Shown one piece after another: positions 26,586 through 36,024 of a DNA stretch of 64,000 nt. The position numbers and the translations under genes were made by a program. Position 1 is the stretch's first letter, and each line of letters starts with the position of its first letter. The DNA lies in the IMG/VR virus record IMGVR_UViG_3300025809_000014, positions 1 to 64,000 of that record; one strand, 5' to 3'. The notes under the pieces are model-generated. The model searched no databases. It was not told the DNA's origin and was given only the letters and a program-made list of their open reading frames with translations. This stretch comes from a virus.

Positions 26586-27308
26586 TTAAAATGGATCTTC
26601 TGCATCTTTTAGCCAATTGATGCTATATCCGTTATTTTCATAAATTAATGTATCCACTTTTGTGAACACACCTTCACTGTCCCAATCAACTCCTTTATAA
26701 GAAGCACTAGCTGGGTGACTTACAACAAATGTGTGAGCAAATATTCCTGCATACCTTTTGTATCGTCCAGCATCTTTACCAAGAAAGACATATGGTACAC
26801 CTAGTGGGTTGAGAACTTCTTCAAACAAATACTTTGTGAAAGGTTCCCAATTAGCTATATGACTACCAGCTTTGTTCTTCTCAGTAGTCAGTGCTACATT
26901 AAGCATTAGTATTCCTTGCTCTGCTAGATAGGCCACGTTAGGAGATGGATCATAGCTTAGATTAAGCCCTCTGTGAAACTCAGTCTCAAGTGCATTGTAA
27001 AATTGCTTTAGAGAAGGTTGTACATATTCTGTCACTGAGCACCCCATAAGCAAACCATCTGCCACAGGTAGTCCGTTCTTAAATGTGTGATATGGACACA
27101 TGCCCACAATCACTGCCTTCACTTCATCTAGTGGTGTTTCTTTAAAACATCTATAGACTTGAGATGACAAAGGAGCAATCTGTTTGCCCCTCTTACTCTC
27201 TTTCTTTAAGAATGCATATATATCATCGCACTCATTACTTTCTATAAATGTTTTCATTTTTCCATGCCACGATGGATGAAAGTGTTCTTTAAAATTATCC
27301 CATTTCAT
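26586..27308 (-). CDS. ung: Family-1 uracil-DNA glycosylase with atypical catalytic motifs
   Basis: VKAVIVGMCPYH, A.GL, PSL, LAEQGILMLN.ALT, AGSH...WE.FT, SHPAS. Confidence 0.85.
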   Translation of the reverse strand: MKWDNFKEHFHPSWHGKMKTFIESNECDDIYAFLKKESKRGKQIAPLSSQVYRCFKETPLDEVKAVIVGMCPYHTFKNGLPVADGLLMGCSVTEYVQPSLKQFYNALETEFHRGLNLSYDPSPNVAYLAEQGILMLNVALTTEKNKAGSHIANWEPFTKYLFEEVLNPLGVPYVFLGKDAGRYKRYAGIFAHTFVVSHPASASYKGVDWDSEGVFTKVDTLIYENNGYSINWLKDAEDPF

Positions 27309-27309
27309 A

Positions 27310-27711
27310 TTAATATTTTTTATAAGATTTCTCTTCAGTTAAATTAGAATTAGTTAATTGATTAATTTGCTTTTTAATTAAAGCTCGTTTGTCATTAGTA
27401 ACATAAACAGATCTAGCTAAGTCTATAAACTTTTGACTAAAGTCTTTGTCTCTTTCACAATCACGAATGTCATCCTCTATATTCCATAATAAGGAATTTA
27501 CTTCAGTAAGTTCATCATAGAGTTTTCTTAGTGGTGCCTGATGAAGATCTAAGAGCATTAAAACATAAGGATAGAGTGTTTGATGTTCATTTTTAACATT
27601 AACAAGTTTATCCTCATTATCCATTTTTAACAGTTTGATATCTAGAATTGACAATTTATCTACTAGTTCACCGTGTGATATTTCTATTTTCATTTTATTG
27701 ATTTTATCCAA
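27310..27711 (-). CDS. DUF6165-like protein
   Basis: ISHGELVDKLSILDIK, LWNIEDDIR, F..LARSVY.TND.RA.IK..IN, EEKSY. Confidence 0.75.
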   Translation of the reverse strand: MDKINKMKIEISHGELVDKLSILDIKLLKMDNEDKLVNVKNEHQTLYPYVLMLLDLHQAPLRKLYDELTEVNSLLWNIEDDIRDCERDKDFSQKFIDLARSVYVTNDKRALIKKQINQLTNSNLTEEKSYKKY

Positions 27712-28568
27712 TTAATTAAACTTACCTGTGGTGTCCAACCCAAGTCTTTCTTTATCTTACTTATGTCACTAAGAGATCGTTTAGCTTCTTCTCTAGCAGG
27801 TATAAATTCTATTTTGTTACTAAAAGCTTTAGCTACATCTATAATCTTTACCTCCTGACCAGAACCAACGTTCCAAGTGCCTTCAGTTCCTATTGCAGCT
27901 ATGATAGCATCAACTACATCTTTAACATATACAAAGTCTCTGGTTTGTTGACCATCTCCTGTAACTGTTAGCTTCTTGTGACTTAAGTATTGCTTTAAAA
28001 ATATGGGTACAGCTGAAAGGTAACCACCTTCAGTAAGCTGTCTTTCTCCAAAAACATTAAAGAATCTTAATACTGCCACAGAAACATGATCTGGTACTGC
28101 TTTACAGAGCGCTTCCATCATGTATTTAGACATTGCATATGGATTCAGTGGATCTAAATCACTATTTTCTGATAGAGGAAAGCTTCTTGAATTACCATAC
28201 ACAGCAGCTGTAGAAGCTACAACTATCTCTTTACAACCACATTGTCTAACAGCCCATTCAAATAAAAGAGCTGAACCATCAACAATCTGATCATGATACT
28301 TCTGTTTATTATTTAAACTTTCTTCTACAGATACAGGTGCTGCTAAATGAATGAGTGTATTAAACTGCATATCAGGTAAATGTCCCCACATAGTATTACC
28401 TACCTCGTAGATTATCACTAAAGGTTGAGGTTTTAATGGAAATAAGTTCTTAACCTTTCCAGTGCTAAAGTTATCAAGAATTACTATCTCTTGCCCTAAC
28501 TTCTGTAGTTGTTCAGATAAATGACTTCCAATAAAACCTGCTCCCCCTGTTATTAATACCCTATTCAT
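27690..28568 (-). CDS. NAD-dependent nucleotide-sugar epimerase/dehydratase (GalE/HldD-like SDR)
   Basis: ITGGAGFIGSH, STAAVYG, YAMSK, RFFNVFG, GDGQQTRDFVYV. Confidence 0.9.
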   Translation of the reverse strand: MNRVLITGGAGFIGSHLSEQLQKLGQEIVILDNFSTGKVKNLFPLKPQPLVIIYEVGNTMWGHLPDMQFNTLIHLAAPVSVEESLNNKQKYHDQIVDGSALLFEWAVRQCGCKEIVVASTAAVYGNSRSFPLSENSDLDPLNPYAMSKYMMEALCKAVPDHVSVAVLRFFNVFGERQLTEGGYLSAVPIFLKQYLSHKKLTVTGDGQQTRDFVYVKDVVDAIIAAIGTEGTWNVGSGQEVKIIDVAKAFSNKIEFIPAREEAKRSLSDISKIKKDLGWTPQVSLINWIKSIK

Positions 28569-28792
28569 CAGTTAACACATAAAACATTACCGTCATCATC
28601 AATGTTCATTATTGACTGCACTTCTATATAGGCATTATCTAGACCATCAGCTATCATCACTGTTGGTGTAAAGTTTACCTTTTGAAATGTATTACCTTCA
28701 TCATCTGCAGAATAGATAACTTCATAGTGTTCTATCTCAGGATTCTTTTTTACCATCTCTACGAGAGTATTTATATAATTTCTAACTGTCAT
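28568..28792 (-). CDS. Hypothetical protein
   Basis: DDEGN motif seen in small phage proteins. Confidence 0.6.
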   Translation of the reverse strand: MTVRNYINTLVEMVKKNPEIEHYEVIYSADDEGNTFQKVNFTPTVMIADGLDNAYIEVQSIMNIDDDGNVLCVN

Positions 28793-28794
28793 AA

Positions 28795-29583
28795 TTAAAA
28801 CATTTCTAATTGGTTATCTGTATATCCTAAAATCTCATGCATAGCTAAAGGTTCATCCTTAATAGGCGTACCCTCTATTCCTAGAAAGAAATCATGAATG
28901 TTTACATGGTCTTGCATCCACCTTTGTGGGTGAGCATCTTTCATTGCAAATGTAACGTGATTATAAAGTTCCCACATACTTCCTTCAGCCCCATAATCAT
29001 GAGTTGGTTTTCTAAGCTCTCTTTTAATCGTAGATAGTTGTGTAGCACTAATTATGCTCTCTTGAACAAACAACCTACCTAAAAGCTCTGCTTGTGTCTT
29101 CTCTGTGGCTTCATATGTTTTTAACTTATCACGATCTAACTGTAAGTTTCTAAACGTATCTCCACCACCTTTAATATACTCTGATATAGCTGATGGTGTA
29201 AAAGTTTGTATATCTCCTTGATGCTTTTTTCTAAATGCACCGTGATCACCTTTTACCATACCATTAGAACATATAATAATACTAGTTCCAAGAGCAAATT
29301 TAAGTGATAAACTTCTGTCATAACTGTTCTGCCATCCAATTTGTAATTTCATCTCAGTATCAGCAACGTTAGCTATTGTATAACGCCCATTTGCTATTTC
29401 TCCATCTTTTGCAGTAGAGTAACTTTGACTCTCTAGTGTATACCCTGATTGATATATACTTTCAAGTGTTAAATCTATTAACTGTTGATGACTTACAGGT
29501 TTGTAAGTTCTTGTTAGTTTTGGTACTGGCGCTGTTAACATTATGTCTCTTGCTGTACCACTGTCTTTAGTTCTTGCTTTCAT
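28795..29583 (-). CDS. DUF932/DUF945-like protein
   Basis: YKPVSH, NSYDRS, ICSNG, WELYNHVT. Confidence 0.75.
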   Translation of the reverse strand: MKARTKDSGTARDIMLTAPVPKLTRTYKPVSHQQLIDLTLESIYQSGYTLESQSYSTAKDGEIANGRYTIANVADTEMKLQIGWQNSYDRSLSLKFALGTSIIICSNGMVKGDHGAFRKKHQGDIQTFTPSAISEYIKGGGDTFRNLQLDRDKLKTYEATEKTQAELLGRLFVQESIISATQLSTIKRELRKPTHDYGAEGSMWELYNHVTFAMKDAHPQRWMQDHVNIHDFFLGIEGTPIKDEPLAMHEILGYTDNQLEMF

Positions 29584-30590
29584 TATTTTAAAATTTGTTT
29601 ATTTATTAAATATTCTTCTATTATTTTAAGGCCATGAACTCTTGCAAGGTCTGCCCAGTCTTTAATTCCATCTTTTAGGAACTGTCTAGGAACATTACAA
29701 TAGTCAAATCCAAACATCTCAGTAATCTTCTTACTGTTAGATACACCTGTTTCATCGCTATCAAATGACAGTATTTGTCTGCTTGAGTTATCAAGTAAGA
29801 ATTGTACATTCTCATCAGAGAAACAACCCATACCTTCATTCTGAACAGCACAACAACATGGGTATAATTTCTTCATAACCATATAGTCTTTCTTACTCTT
29901 GTTGATAAATGCAACATTACAATTTGTAATATCATCTTTACCATCCATAGCGGTGATTGGCACGTTATTAGGCATCCATTTCCATCTTCTATCAGAGAAT
30001 GGTCTATATATTTTCCAGTGACCATCATAGAGGTATCCAAACCTAAGCTCATTATCTGGTATAACAATACGCTTCTTGTTTAGATAAACCTCAGCGATTG
30101 AAAATACATTGTTAGCTTTAAGATCTTCAATATCTTGATAGTATTCATTCCAGTAAGCTAATTCTTCATGTGTGAAGCTTCTTGTCTTCACTTGAATAAA
30201 AGAATAATCTTTTGCTACCATCTCTGGTTGAGAGTAAGACTTAATTATCTTCTTATATTCTTTTGAATCAGATCCTGAACTTATTCCTAGATTAAAATCA
30301 TTATCAATTTTAATTAGTACTTCATTGAATGTAGGAATGTTGTAAAGCTTCTTTACAAACTCAAAACAATCTCCCTTCATACTTGTATCACCAAAATCAA
30401 TAAACATTATAGTATCTCCTCTAACTCCAATTAGGAACGATGGATTCTTCTCATCTCTAAATGGAGAATATGTTGCCTGTCCTAACTTCCAACCATTATT
30501 AGGCATATAAAACCTGAAGATATCATACTCTGATATTTTAGATAGTATTAGCTCTGCACTTATACGTACATACTTCTTTCCTTTTATCAT
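29583..30590 (-). CDS. DNA primase (DnaG-type, crAss-like)
   Basis: SPFRDEKNPSF, DFG...GDCF.FV, TOPRIM KS.KD and FDSDETG, KDWAD. Confidence 0.8.
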   Translation of the reverse strand: MIKGKKYVRISAELILSKISEYDIFRFYMPNNGWKLGQATYSPFRDEKNPSFLIGVRGDTIMFIDFGDTSMKGDCFEFVKKLYNIPTFNEVLIKIDNDFNLGISSGSDSKEYKKIIKSYSQPEMVAKDYSFIQVKTRSFTHEELAYWNEYYQDIEDLKANNVFSIAEVYLNKKRIVIPDNELRFGYLYDGHWKIYRPFSDRRWKWMPNNVPITAMDGKDDITNCNVAFINKSKKDYMVMKKLYPCCCAVQNEGMGCFSDENVQFLLDNSSRQILSFDSDETGVSNSKKITEMFGFDYCNVPRQFLKDGIKDWADLARVHGLKIIEEYLINKQILK

Positions 30591-30602
30591 AAGTTTTATA
30601 TT

Positions 30603-30635
30603 AAAAAAGCCCTCAACATTTCTGAAGAGGGCTCT
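30603..30635 (-). terminator. Intrinsic terminator after the SSB gene
   Basis: AGCCCTC...GAGGGCT stem followed by T6 on the minus strand. Confidence 0.65.
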
Positions 30636-30653
30636 TATTATAGATTAGTTTGG

Positions 30654-31535
30654 TTAGTAGTCTGACCCTTCATCTGATATGTAACTATCAGAGGCGACAA
30701 GATTATCACCAGGGTTATACTCTTCTATTTCTTTAAGAATATAGTAGTCTTTACAACCGTACTCACCACTTACACGAACTGCAAAACGTTCATGTGGTTT
30801 AAGTTCACGAGGTTTTCTAGATCTCAAACTATCTAATGTTCTCTTATCTGTGTAGTCTACTAGTCTAAACTGTTTCATAGTATAACCACCTAAGAATCCT
30901 TTGTTATAGATACCCTGATACTCTTTAGTCTCACCATCACGCTCTTTAACAACAACAGTTGCTAATGCTACAACAGTATTACACCACTCACCATCTACTT
31001 CACCTTTAAGATCACTAATGTTACCACGCATAAGTTTCTTCCAGTCTAGCTGTAGAACTGTATCTGCATGACGGTAATCTAACTTACCTAACCATGTGCG
31101 AACAAAATCATACAAGTCTTCCTCACCAACATATGCAACACGATAGTCACGTCCTTTAGTAAACCAGTCCCATAAGTCATTCTCATCAGCAGCCCAAGCT
31201 GTCATACCTACACTGTTTATATATTGCTTTTTAGTTCCATCACGGTTCTCTCTTTCTTTATCTTCCAAGAAGAAACTTACTTTGTATTGATTCTCTGTTT
31301 TGACTTGTTTTAACCACACATCTACACGAAGATATGTATTACCGTCTTTAGTAGTTCCTAAATACTCAGTAGCTTTGCTATCTGGGTTTAGTTCCATTCC
31401 AAGTTTTGTACTATACTCTTCTATAGTTGGATTAATTGCAATTATGTTTGCTTCAAACAGCCCTACTTTCTTTGGGTAAGCTGTGTTTTCACTGTTGATT
31501 GCGGATTCTCTTTTTACTCCTCCAATTGTACTCAT
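30654..31535 (-). CDS. Single-stranded DNA-binding protein candidate
   Basis: Between AAA ATPase and primase; beta-rich with an acidic tail ending in an aromatic residue. Confidence 0.55.
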   Translation of the reverse strand: MSTIGGVKRESAINSENTAYPKKVGLFEANIIAINPTIEEYSTKLGMELNPDSKATEYLGTTKDGNTYLRVDVWLKQVKTENQYKVSFFLEDKERENRDGTKKQYINSVGMTAWAADENDLWDWFTKGRDYRVAYVGEEDLYDFVRTWLGKLDYRHADTVLQLDWKKLMRGNISDLKGEVDGEWCNTVVALATVVVKERDGETKEYQGIYNKGFLGGYTMKQFRLVDYTDKRTLDSLRSRKPRELKPHERFAVRVSGEYGCKDYYILKEIEEYNPGDNLVASDSYISDEGSDY

Positions 31536-31564
31536 AAATTTTAATTTTAATTGTTATTTATTTA

Positions 31565-32233
31565 TTAATTATAATAGTCTACTATACTATCTCTTACTGT
31601 TTGTAGATTGTTAGGTATTCTTGTTGTTTCAAACATACCATCTGGACTCTTTGCAGGCTTCTTACGAAATCTATTTGTTAGAAATTCATAAGTAGCACCA
31701 CTCTTAGTTTCTTCTACATGAGTATACAAACATACAGTTAATAAACCTTCTAACAATACTTGATTGTCAATAAGTTTACCAGCTGTTTTAATTTTGTATC
31801 CCACTATCTCTCCTGCGTCTTCAATAGTCTCAGGGTGAGAGAAGTAAAAGATAACTAGGTCATCACGTAGTGCTCTAGCTGTTCTAAACATGTCAACCAT
31901 GTCCTTAGCCATTACACTAAACTTTGTAAATCCAGTTTCCATAGCTTTTTCTACCATTCTGAAACCCATTAAGTAATTACTGTCTTCTATGACAATAGTT
32001 TTGATGTGTGGGGCTTTCTCCGAGATAGTTCTAAGCAACCTTGTAATGTCAGTTGGATCATCTACTTCTTTGTAATTTTTGTTTTCTGTGTTGTAAAGTT
32101 TCTGAGAACCTTTAAAGGGTAACTCTTTTTTTGCAACATTAATAATGTAAGTTTCTTCAGGGTTTAAGTGCTTTACTGCTGTTGACTTACCTGTCCCTGT
32201 TTCGCCAACAACTCCAATTAATTTTGAACTCAT
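31565..32233 (-). CDS. AAA_24/Sak4-like P-loop ATPase
   Basis: GETGTGKST, IVIEDS, KIKTAGKL, PAKSPDGMF. Confidence 0.85.
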   Translation of the reverse strand: MSSKLIGVVGETGTGKSTAVKHLNPEETYIINVAKKELPFKGSQKLYNTENKNYKEVDDPTDITRLLRTISEKAPHIKTIVIEDSNYLMGFRMVEKAMETGFTKFSVMAKDMVDMFRTARALRDDLVIFYFSHPETIEDAGEIVGYKIKTAGKLIDNQVLLEGLLTVCLYTHVEETKSGATYEFLTNRFRKKPAKSPDGMFETTRIPNNLQTVRDSIVDYYN

Positions 32234-32264
32234 TTTATTTATTTATTTATTAATATTAGGTTTA

Positions 32265-32272
32265 CAAATATA
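32265..32272 (-). promoter_or_regulatory. -7 box (TATATTTG)
   Basis: Intergenic TAnnTTTG about 30 nt upstream of the ATPase start. Confidence 0.55.
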
Positions 32273-32278
32273 CGATTT

Positions 32279-33364
32279 TTATACGTATTTAATCTTACTT
32301 TTGTCAAAGAATTCAAGTGCTTTGTTAAGCCATTTGTCTTCAACTTTCTCATCAGAAGATATAATATATATCTGTGCTTTCTTATCTGGAGTATCATATT
32401 CCATAGCCATACATCTATTAATCTTCTGTGCTAGATTCTCACCATTACTGTCAAAGTAATTAATGATAACCTTGTTTAGTGGTTTATACGTAACTCCTGT
32501 GTTACCTATCTTTACAACAGCCATGTGTGTACCTTTTCCTTCTGCGAAGTTTTTGAGTGCATCTTTGTCTTTAGACTTGCTGTGATAAGATGGTATACCA
32601 AGGCTATCAGCTATTGCTGTTACACCACAAAACACTAGTATTCTCTGATCCTTGTTATCATTAAGAATCTGTTTAGTCTTTTGTTTCTTAGCTAAGCTAC
32701 TTTGTATAAGTCTCATACGTGCTAAACGCATGAACATACTATTACCACCAGAGTACATCATCTTGTTTATAACACCACTAAGGTATTTAAACTGTTGAAG
32801 CTCTGTTTTCTTTATTTTCTTTTTACCATACTCATTACGAGTTATGTTATCCAAAGGCACCTTGACTACTGTTATCTGGTAGTCAGCTATAACACCTTCC
32901 TCAATAGCTTTATGTATTGGGTAGTCAGCAATCACAGATATACCAAGTTCTTCGCTTAAAGTTCTTTTGGTCCATCTAGATAATGTACCTGTTAAGCCTA
33001 GTATGTTATCGTTCTGAGAGAATAAATCTACACAAACACCTATCTGGGCCTCTGATAATAAATGTATCTCATCAATAACAACAATATCAAATTCAGTACC
33101 TGAGTGCTTGTGTAGAGATCTATGAGTTGTGTAGGTTATATTGTCATTAATATACTCCATCTCTTCAAACTCTTCTATCCAAGACTGTTTAATCTTGTTA
33201 TCAGGATATGCAATCAGCATAGTACAATTGTCATTCATCTGGTTTAAGATGTTGATGGTCGTTCTAATCTTACCAAACCTAGGACATAAGTTTAGGATCC
33301 CAAACTTACCATGGTTTAGCCAAGTGTCTGCAAACTCTGCCTGTCTTTTATCTCTTAATGTCAT
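32279..33364 (-). CDS. Superfamily 2 helicase-like protein
   Basis: PRFGK (motif I), IDEIH (motif II), GLTGT (motif III). Confidence 0.8.
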   Translation of the reverse strand: MTLRDKRQAEFADTWLNHGKFGILNLCPRFGKIRTTINILNQMNDNCTMLIAYPDNKIKQSWIEEFEEMEYINDNITYTTHRSLHKHSGTEFDIVVIDEIHLLSEAQIGVCVDLFSQNDNILGLTGTLSRWTKRTLSEELGISVIADYPIHKAIEEGVIADYQITVVKVPLDNITRNEYGKKKIKKTELQQFKYLSGVINKMMYSGGNSMFMRLARMRLIQSSLAKKQKTKQILNDNKDQRILVFCGVTAIADSLGIPSYHSKSKDKDALKNFAEGKGTHMAVVKIGNTGVTYKPLNKVIINYFDSNGENLAQKINRCMAMEYDTPDKKAQIYIISSDEKVEDKWLNKALEFFDKSKIKYV

Positions 33365-34425
33365 GATATAAAAAATGATTTATTTACTACAGATTCATAA
33401 TCTGCATCAGTTATATTTCTACGTTTAGGTAACTCTTTGAACATACCTATCTGACCAAGAAACGCAAGACCAATTCTGATATCATCTTCGCCATAACTAT
33501 TCTTGATTAACCTTAAGCTTCTAAAATATTTACCACCAAAGTCATCTCTAAGTTTGCCTAGATTATACCCAGATGGATCTTCAACATTATAACGCATAGG
33601 GTCAAACAAGGCCATACATATATCAGAATCATTCTGTGTAGTAGAACTATCAGCAAAGTCTTCCAGCTGTGGTTCAACATCACCATTCTTTATCCTGATA
33701 GGATTAGAAATAGATCGATTGAACTGACTAACTACTACTGGTGAGTGACCATAGAAGTCACGTGCATAACGTAACTCATCACTCATCTTGTCAATAGCTG
33801 CTTTCTTTGTTGGTTGGTCCCTAGTAGTCTTTAATAAACCAATATGATCTAACACTACAATAGTTATCTCACTAGGGTCATTAGGTATGTATACCTTATT
33901 GTATTTGTCTTGCTGTATTATCTCACCACGCTCTAGTGCATAAGCTTTTAGCTCTTTAGCAATACCTACAGGATTCTCTGGCCCATCAATGATTGTAACC
34001 ACATCTTCAAGCTTTGTCATATAGTCTTCATACATAAGAAACAGATCATGCTCATCCTTAGTCATCTTCTCTGTCCAACCAAGTAATTTGTTAACAGGTA
34101 TAATTATACCCTGATCTAAAAATATCTTACGAGATGTCCACTTTGCAAGCTTGTAGGTTCTACTACGCTCCATAGATCTGTACCACACTTTAATCTTTAT
34201 ACCAGACTTCTGTCCTTCTTCAGACATGGCCCAGTCTACAGGATTAAGTACAAATGCATCATCAATGAAGCTAGTCTTACCTGAACCAGTCAATCCACCA
34301 ATTAAATAGTACATTGACTTTCTAATGCCAACATACCTATTGAGCCTGTCAAAGCCCATAGGTATACCACCATTTCTTCCGTCAAGGCCCTTCTGGACCT
34401 CTTCTTTTAGTAACTTAAAACTCAT
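33361..34425 (-). CDS. DnaB-like replicative helicase
   Basis: GGLTGSGKTS, SME, VLDHIGLL, SQFNR, P.LEDF.DS, IKNSYG. Confidence 0.85.
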   Translation of the reverse strand: MSFKLLKEEVQKGLDGRNGGIPMGFDRLNRYVGIRKSMYYLIGGLTGSGKTSFIDDAFVLNPVDWAMSEEGQKSGIKIKVWYRSMERSRTYKLAKWTSRKIFLDQGIIIPVNKLLGWTEKMTKDEHDLFLMYEDYMTKLEDVVTIIDGPENPVGIAKELKAYALERGEIIQQDKYNKVYIPNDPSEITIVVLDHIGLLKTTRDQPTKKAAIDKMSDELRYARDFYGHSPVVVSQFNRSISNPIRIKNGDVEPQLEDFADSSTTQNDSDICMALFDPMRYNVEDPSGYNLGKLRDDFGGKYFRSLRLIKNSYGEDDIRIGLAFLGQIGMFKELPKRRNITDADYESVVNKSFFIS

Positions 34426-34541
34426 TAGTATCTTAAATCGTTATCAAAGTCATCTTTATCTTCTGGCCAGATGAATCCACCTATCCACATCATTAATCTA
34501 GCTACTACTATCCATAGTATTACACTTAATATTATTTTCAT
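34425..34541 (-). CDS. 38-aa membrane microprotein (MKIILSVILWIVVARLMMWIGGFIWPEDKDD...)
   Basis: Read from the sequence; TAATG-coupled to the helicase gene. Confidence 0.5.
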   Translation of the reverse strand: MKIILSVILWIVVARLMMWIGGFIWPEDKDDFDNDLRY

Positions 34542-34668
34542 CTTTATAGTTTTTATTGTTTGCTAATTCTTTTAGTTTATCAAAAGCGTTGGTCATTCTT
34601 TTATCATCTGAATAATAATTGCTTTTAATCTTTTTCATCCACTCGTTAAATTCTGCTGTGTTTTCCAT
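34498..34668 (-). CDS. Hypothetical 56-aa protein (MENTAEFNEWMKKI...)
   Basis: Read from the sequence. Confidence 0.45.
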   Translation of the reverse strand: MENTAEFNEWMKKIKSNYYSDDKRMTNAFDKLKELANNKNYKDENNIKCNTMDSSS

Positions 34669-34671
34669 AAT

Positions 34672-35301
34672 TTAAATATCTGTTGGACCTCCTGAATTTA
34701 CATCTACATCATCCTGATCTTTATTTTGCTCCATGAGCTCTATAAAACTTTCAAATGTACGTTGATTCAAATAGGGAATAGAACCCTGCATAAAACTCAT
34801 TATATTTTTTCTCTCACGTATTGAGCGTTCAGCTTTTTGTTTTACCTCATACTTTAGAGCATCTGTTAGTTGTTTTGCAGTGAATTCTCCTTCTTCTATA
34901 ATAGTTTTAAACTTCCTTCTACATTCTTCTTTACCTCTACGTAATGATCTAGTTCCTTTGAACTGCTTACCATTAATAGTAAATGAATCTGTAGGAGGGT
35001 ATTGTTTCCACCACTCTTCAAAGTCCGTTGTTATTGGTTTACGTTTTATTATCTTTTTAGCATTCTCATCAGTAACAAACTTTAGTAAATCTTTACCAAT
35101 AGCTGTTATCTTTTCTTCATCCTTAGTTATTAATCCCTTTCTTATTAAGCTTTGATACAGAGCAGCAATTTTCATACTATCCTCATATAAAGGTTGTACG
35201 TCATACTGCTCTTCTATCAATTTAAGCAAATAAATCAGATCAAGATTATAACTTTTTTTGATGAGTTCTTTGAATACTTGTGGGCTTATGTGCATTCTCA
35301 T
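34672..35301 (-). CDS. Replication initiator/replisome organiser-like protein
   Basis: N-terminal winged-helix-like part, FEEWWKQYP...YLNQ C-terminal domain; upstream of the helicase. Confidence 0.55.
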   Translation of the reverse strand: MRMHISPQVFKELIKKSYNLDLIYLLKLIEEQYDVQPLYEDSMKIAALYQSLIRKGLITKDEEKITAIGKDLLKFVTDENAKKIIKRKPITTDFEEWWKQYPPTDSFTINGKQFKGTRSLRRGKEECRRKFKTIIEEGEFTAKQLTDALKYEVKQKAERSIRERKNIMSFMQGSIPYLNQRTFESFIELMEQNKDQDDVDVNSGGPTDI

Positions 35302-35473
35302 CTTTTACTGGTTTTTCTACTACTATAGTAGCAGGTTTCTTTCTCTTTTTCTGTTGTTCGTATTCCCACTCTTGCCATTCTGCTTCCATTATATACTGCT
35401 TATGCAGTGTATCAAACCCTTCTTCAGCAAAACGTGATGCATGTTCCCAGTCTTCATTGATTAACTTAGACAT
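35246..35473 (-). CDS. Hypothetical protein (C-terminal part of track ORF 35246..35704; probable start MSKLINE)
   Basis: Internal ATG overlaps the stop of 35466..35732. Confidence 0.5.
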   Translation of the reverse strand: MSKLINEDWEHASRFAEEGFDTLHKQYIMEAEWQEWEYEQQKKRKKPATIVVEKPVKDENAHKPTSIQRTHQKKL

Positions 35474-35732
35474 TCTTCTTAGTTTTTGGCTTGTTCTTAG
35501 AACCTTTTGGTCTACCTCTACCTCTTTTAGGTTTCTTACCACCTTCCCAGGCTTCATTAACTTTAGGTGTGCTCTTATCATCACCCACATACTCACCTTT
35601 CTTATTACGAGCTCTCTTTGGCTCTTCAAAAGGATCTGGTTCTGCTTTAAAGATTTGATAAACTGTGAATAAGATACCCACGATAATAACTGTTGCCCAT
35701 ACATAGGCTGATGTACTTAAATTTAACTCCAT
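35466..35732 (-). CDS. Membrane-anchored protein with AT-hook-like motif
   Basis: N-terminal TM helix; RARNKKGEYVGDD...NEAW; KRGRGRPKGSKNK. Confidence 0.65.
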   Translation of the reverse strand: MELNLSTSAYVWATVIIVGILFTVYQIFKAEPDPFEEPKRARNKKGEYVGDDKSTPKVNEAWEGGKKPKRGRGRPKGSKNKPKTKKNV

Positions 35733-35756
35733 TTTTCTGGTTTTTAATTATTAATA

Positions 35757-36020
35757 TTAATTTTTGATTCTAAGGCCAAATTGACTGTGAAACCAATTTA
35801 GATTTTCTATTGCTTTATTTGTATTAAACTTGAAGACTTTCTTCATAGTTTTAATTGCATATTTATTAAACTCTTCACGTTGTTTAGATGTCATGGTCCA
35901 GTTAAAGTACCACTTATCATCATCTAACGTGTCTACTAGTCGCTTACCAACTATATCTAGTTGATATTCAATAAGGTGCTTCATGACATTACCTCTATTG
36001 ATAGTTGCTTTTTTTTTCAT
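35757..36020 (-). CDS. Hypothetical protein
   Basis: 87-aa ORF after PolB. Confidence 0.6.
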   Translation of the reverse strand: MKKKATINRGNVMKHLIEYQLDIVGKRLVDTLDDDKWYFNWTMTSKQREEFNKYAIKTMKKVFKFNTNKAIENLNWFHSQFGLRIKN

Positions 36021-36024
36021 TTAC

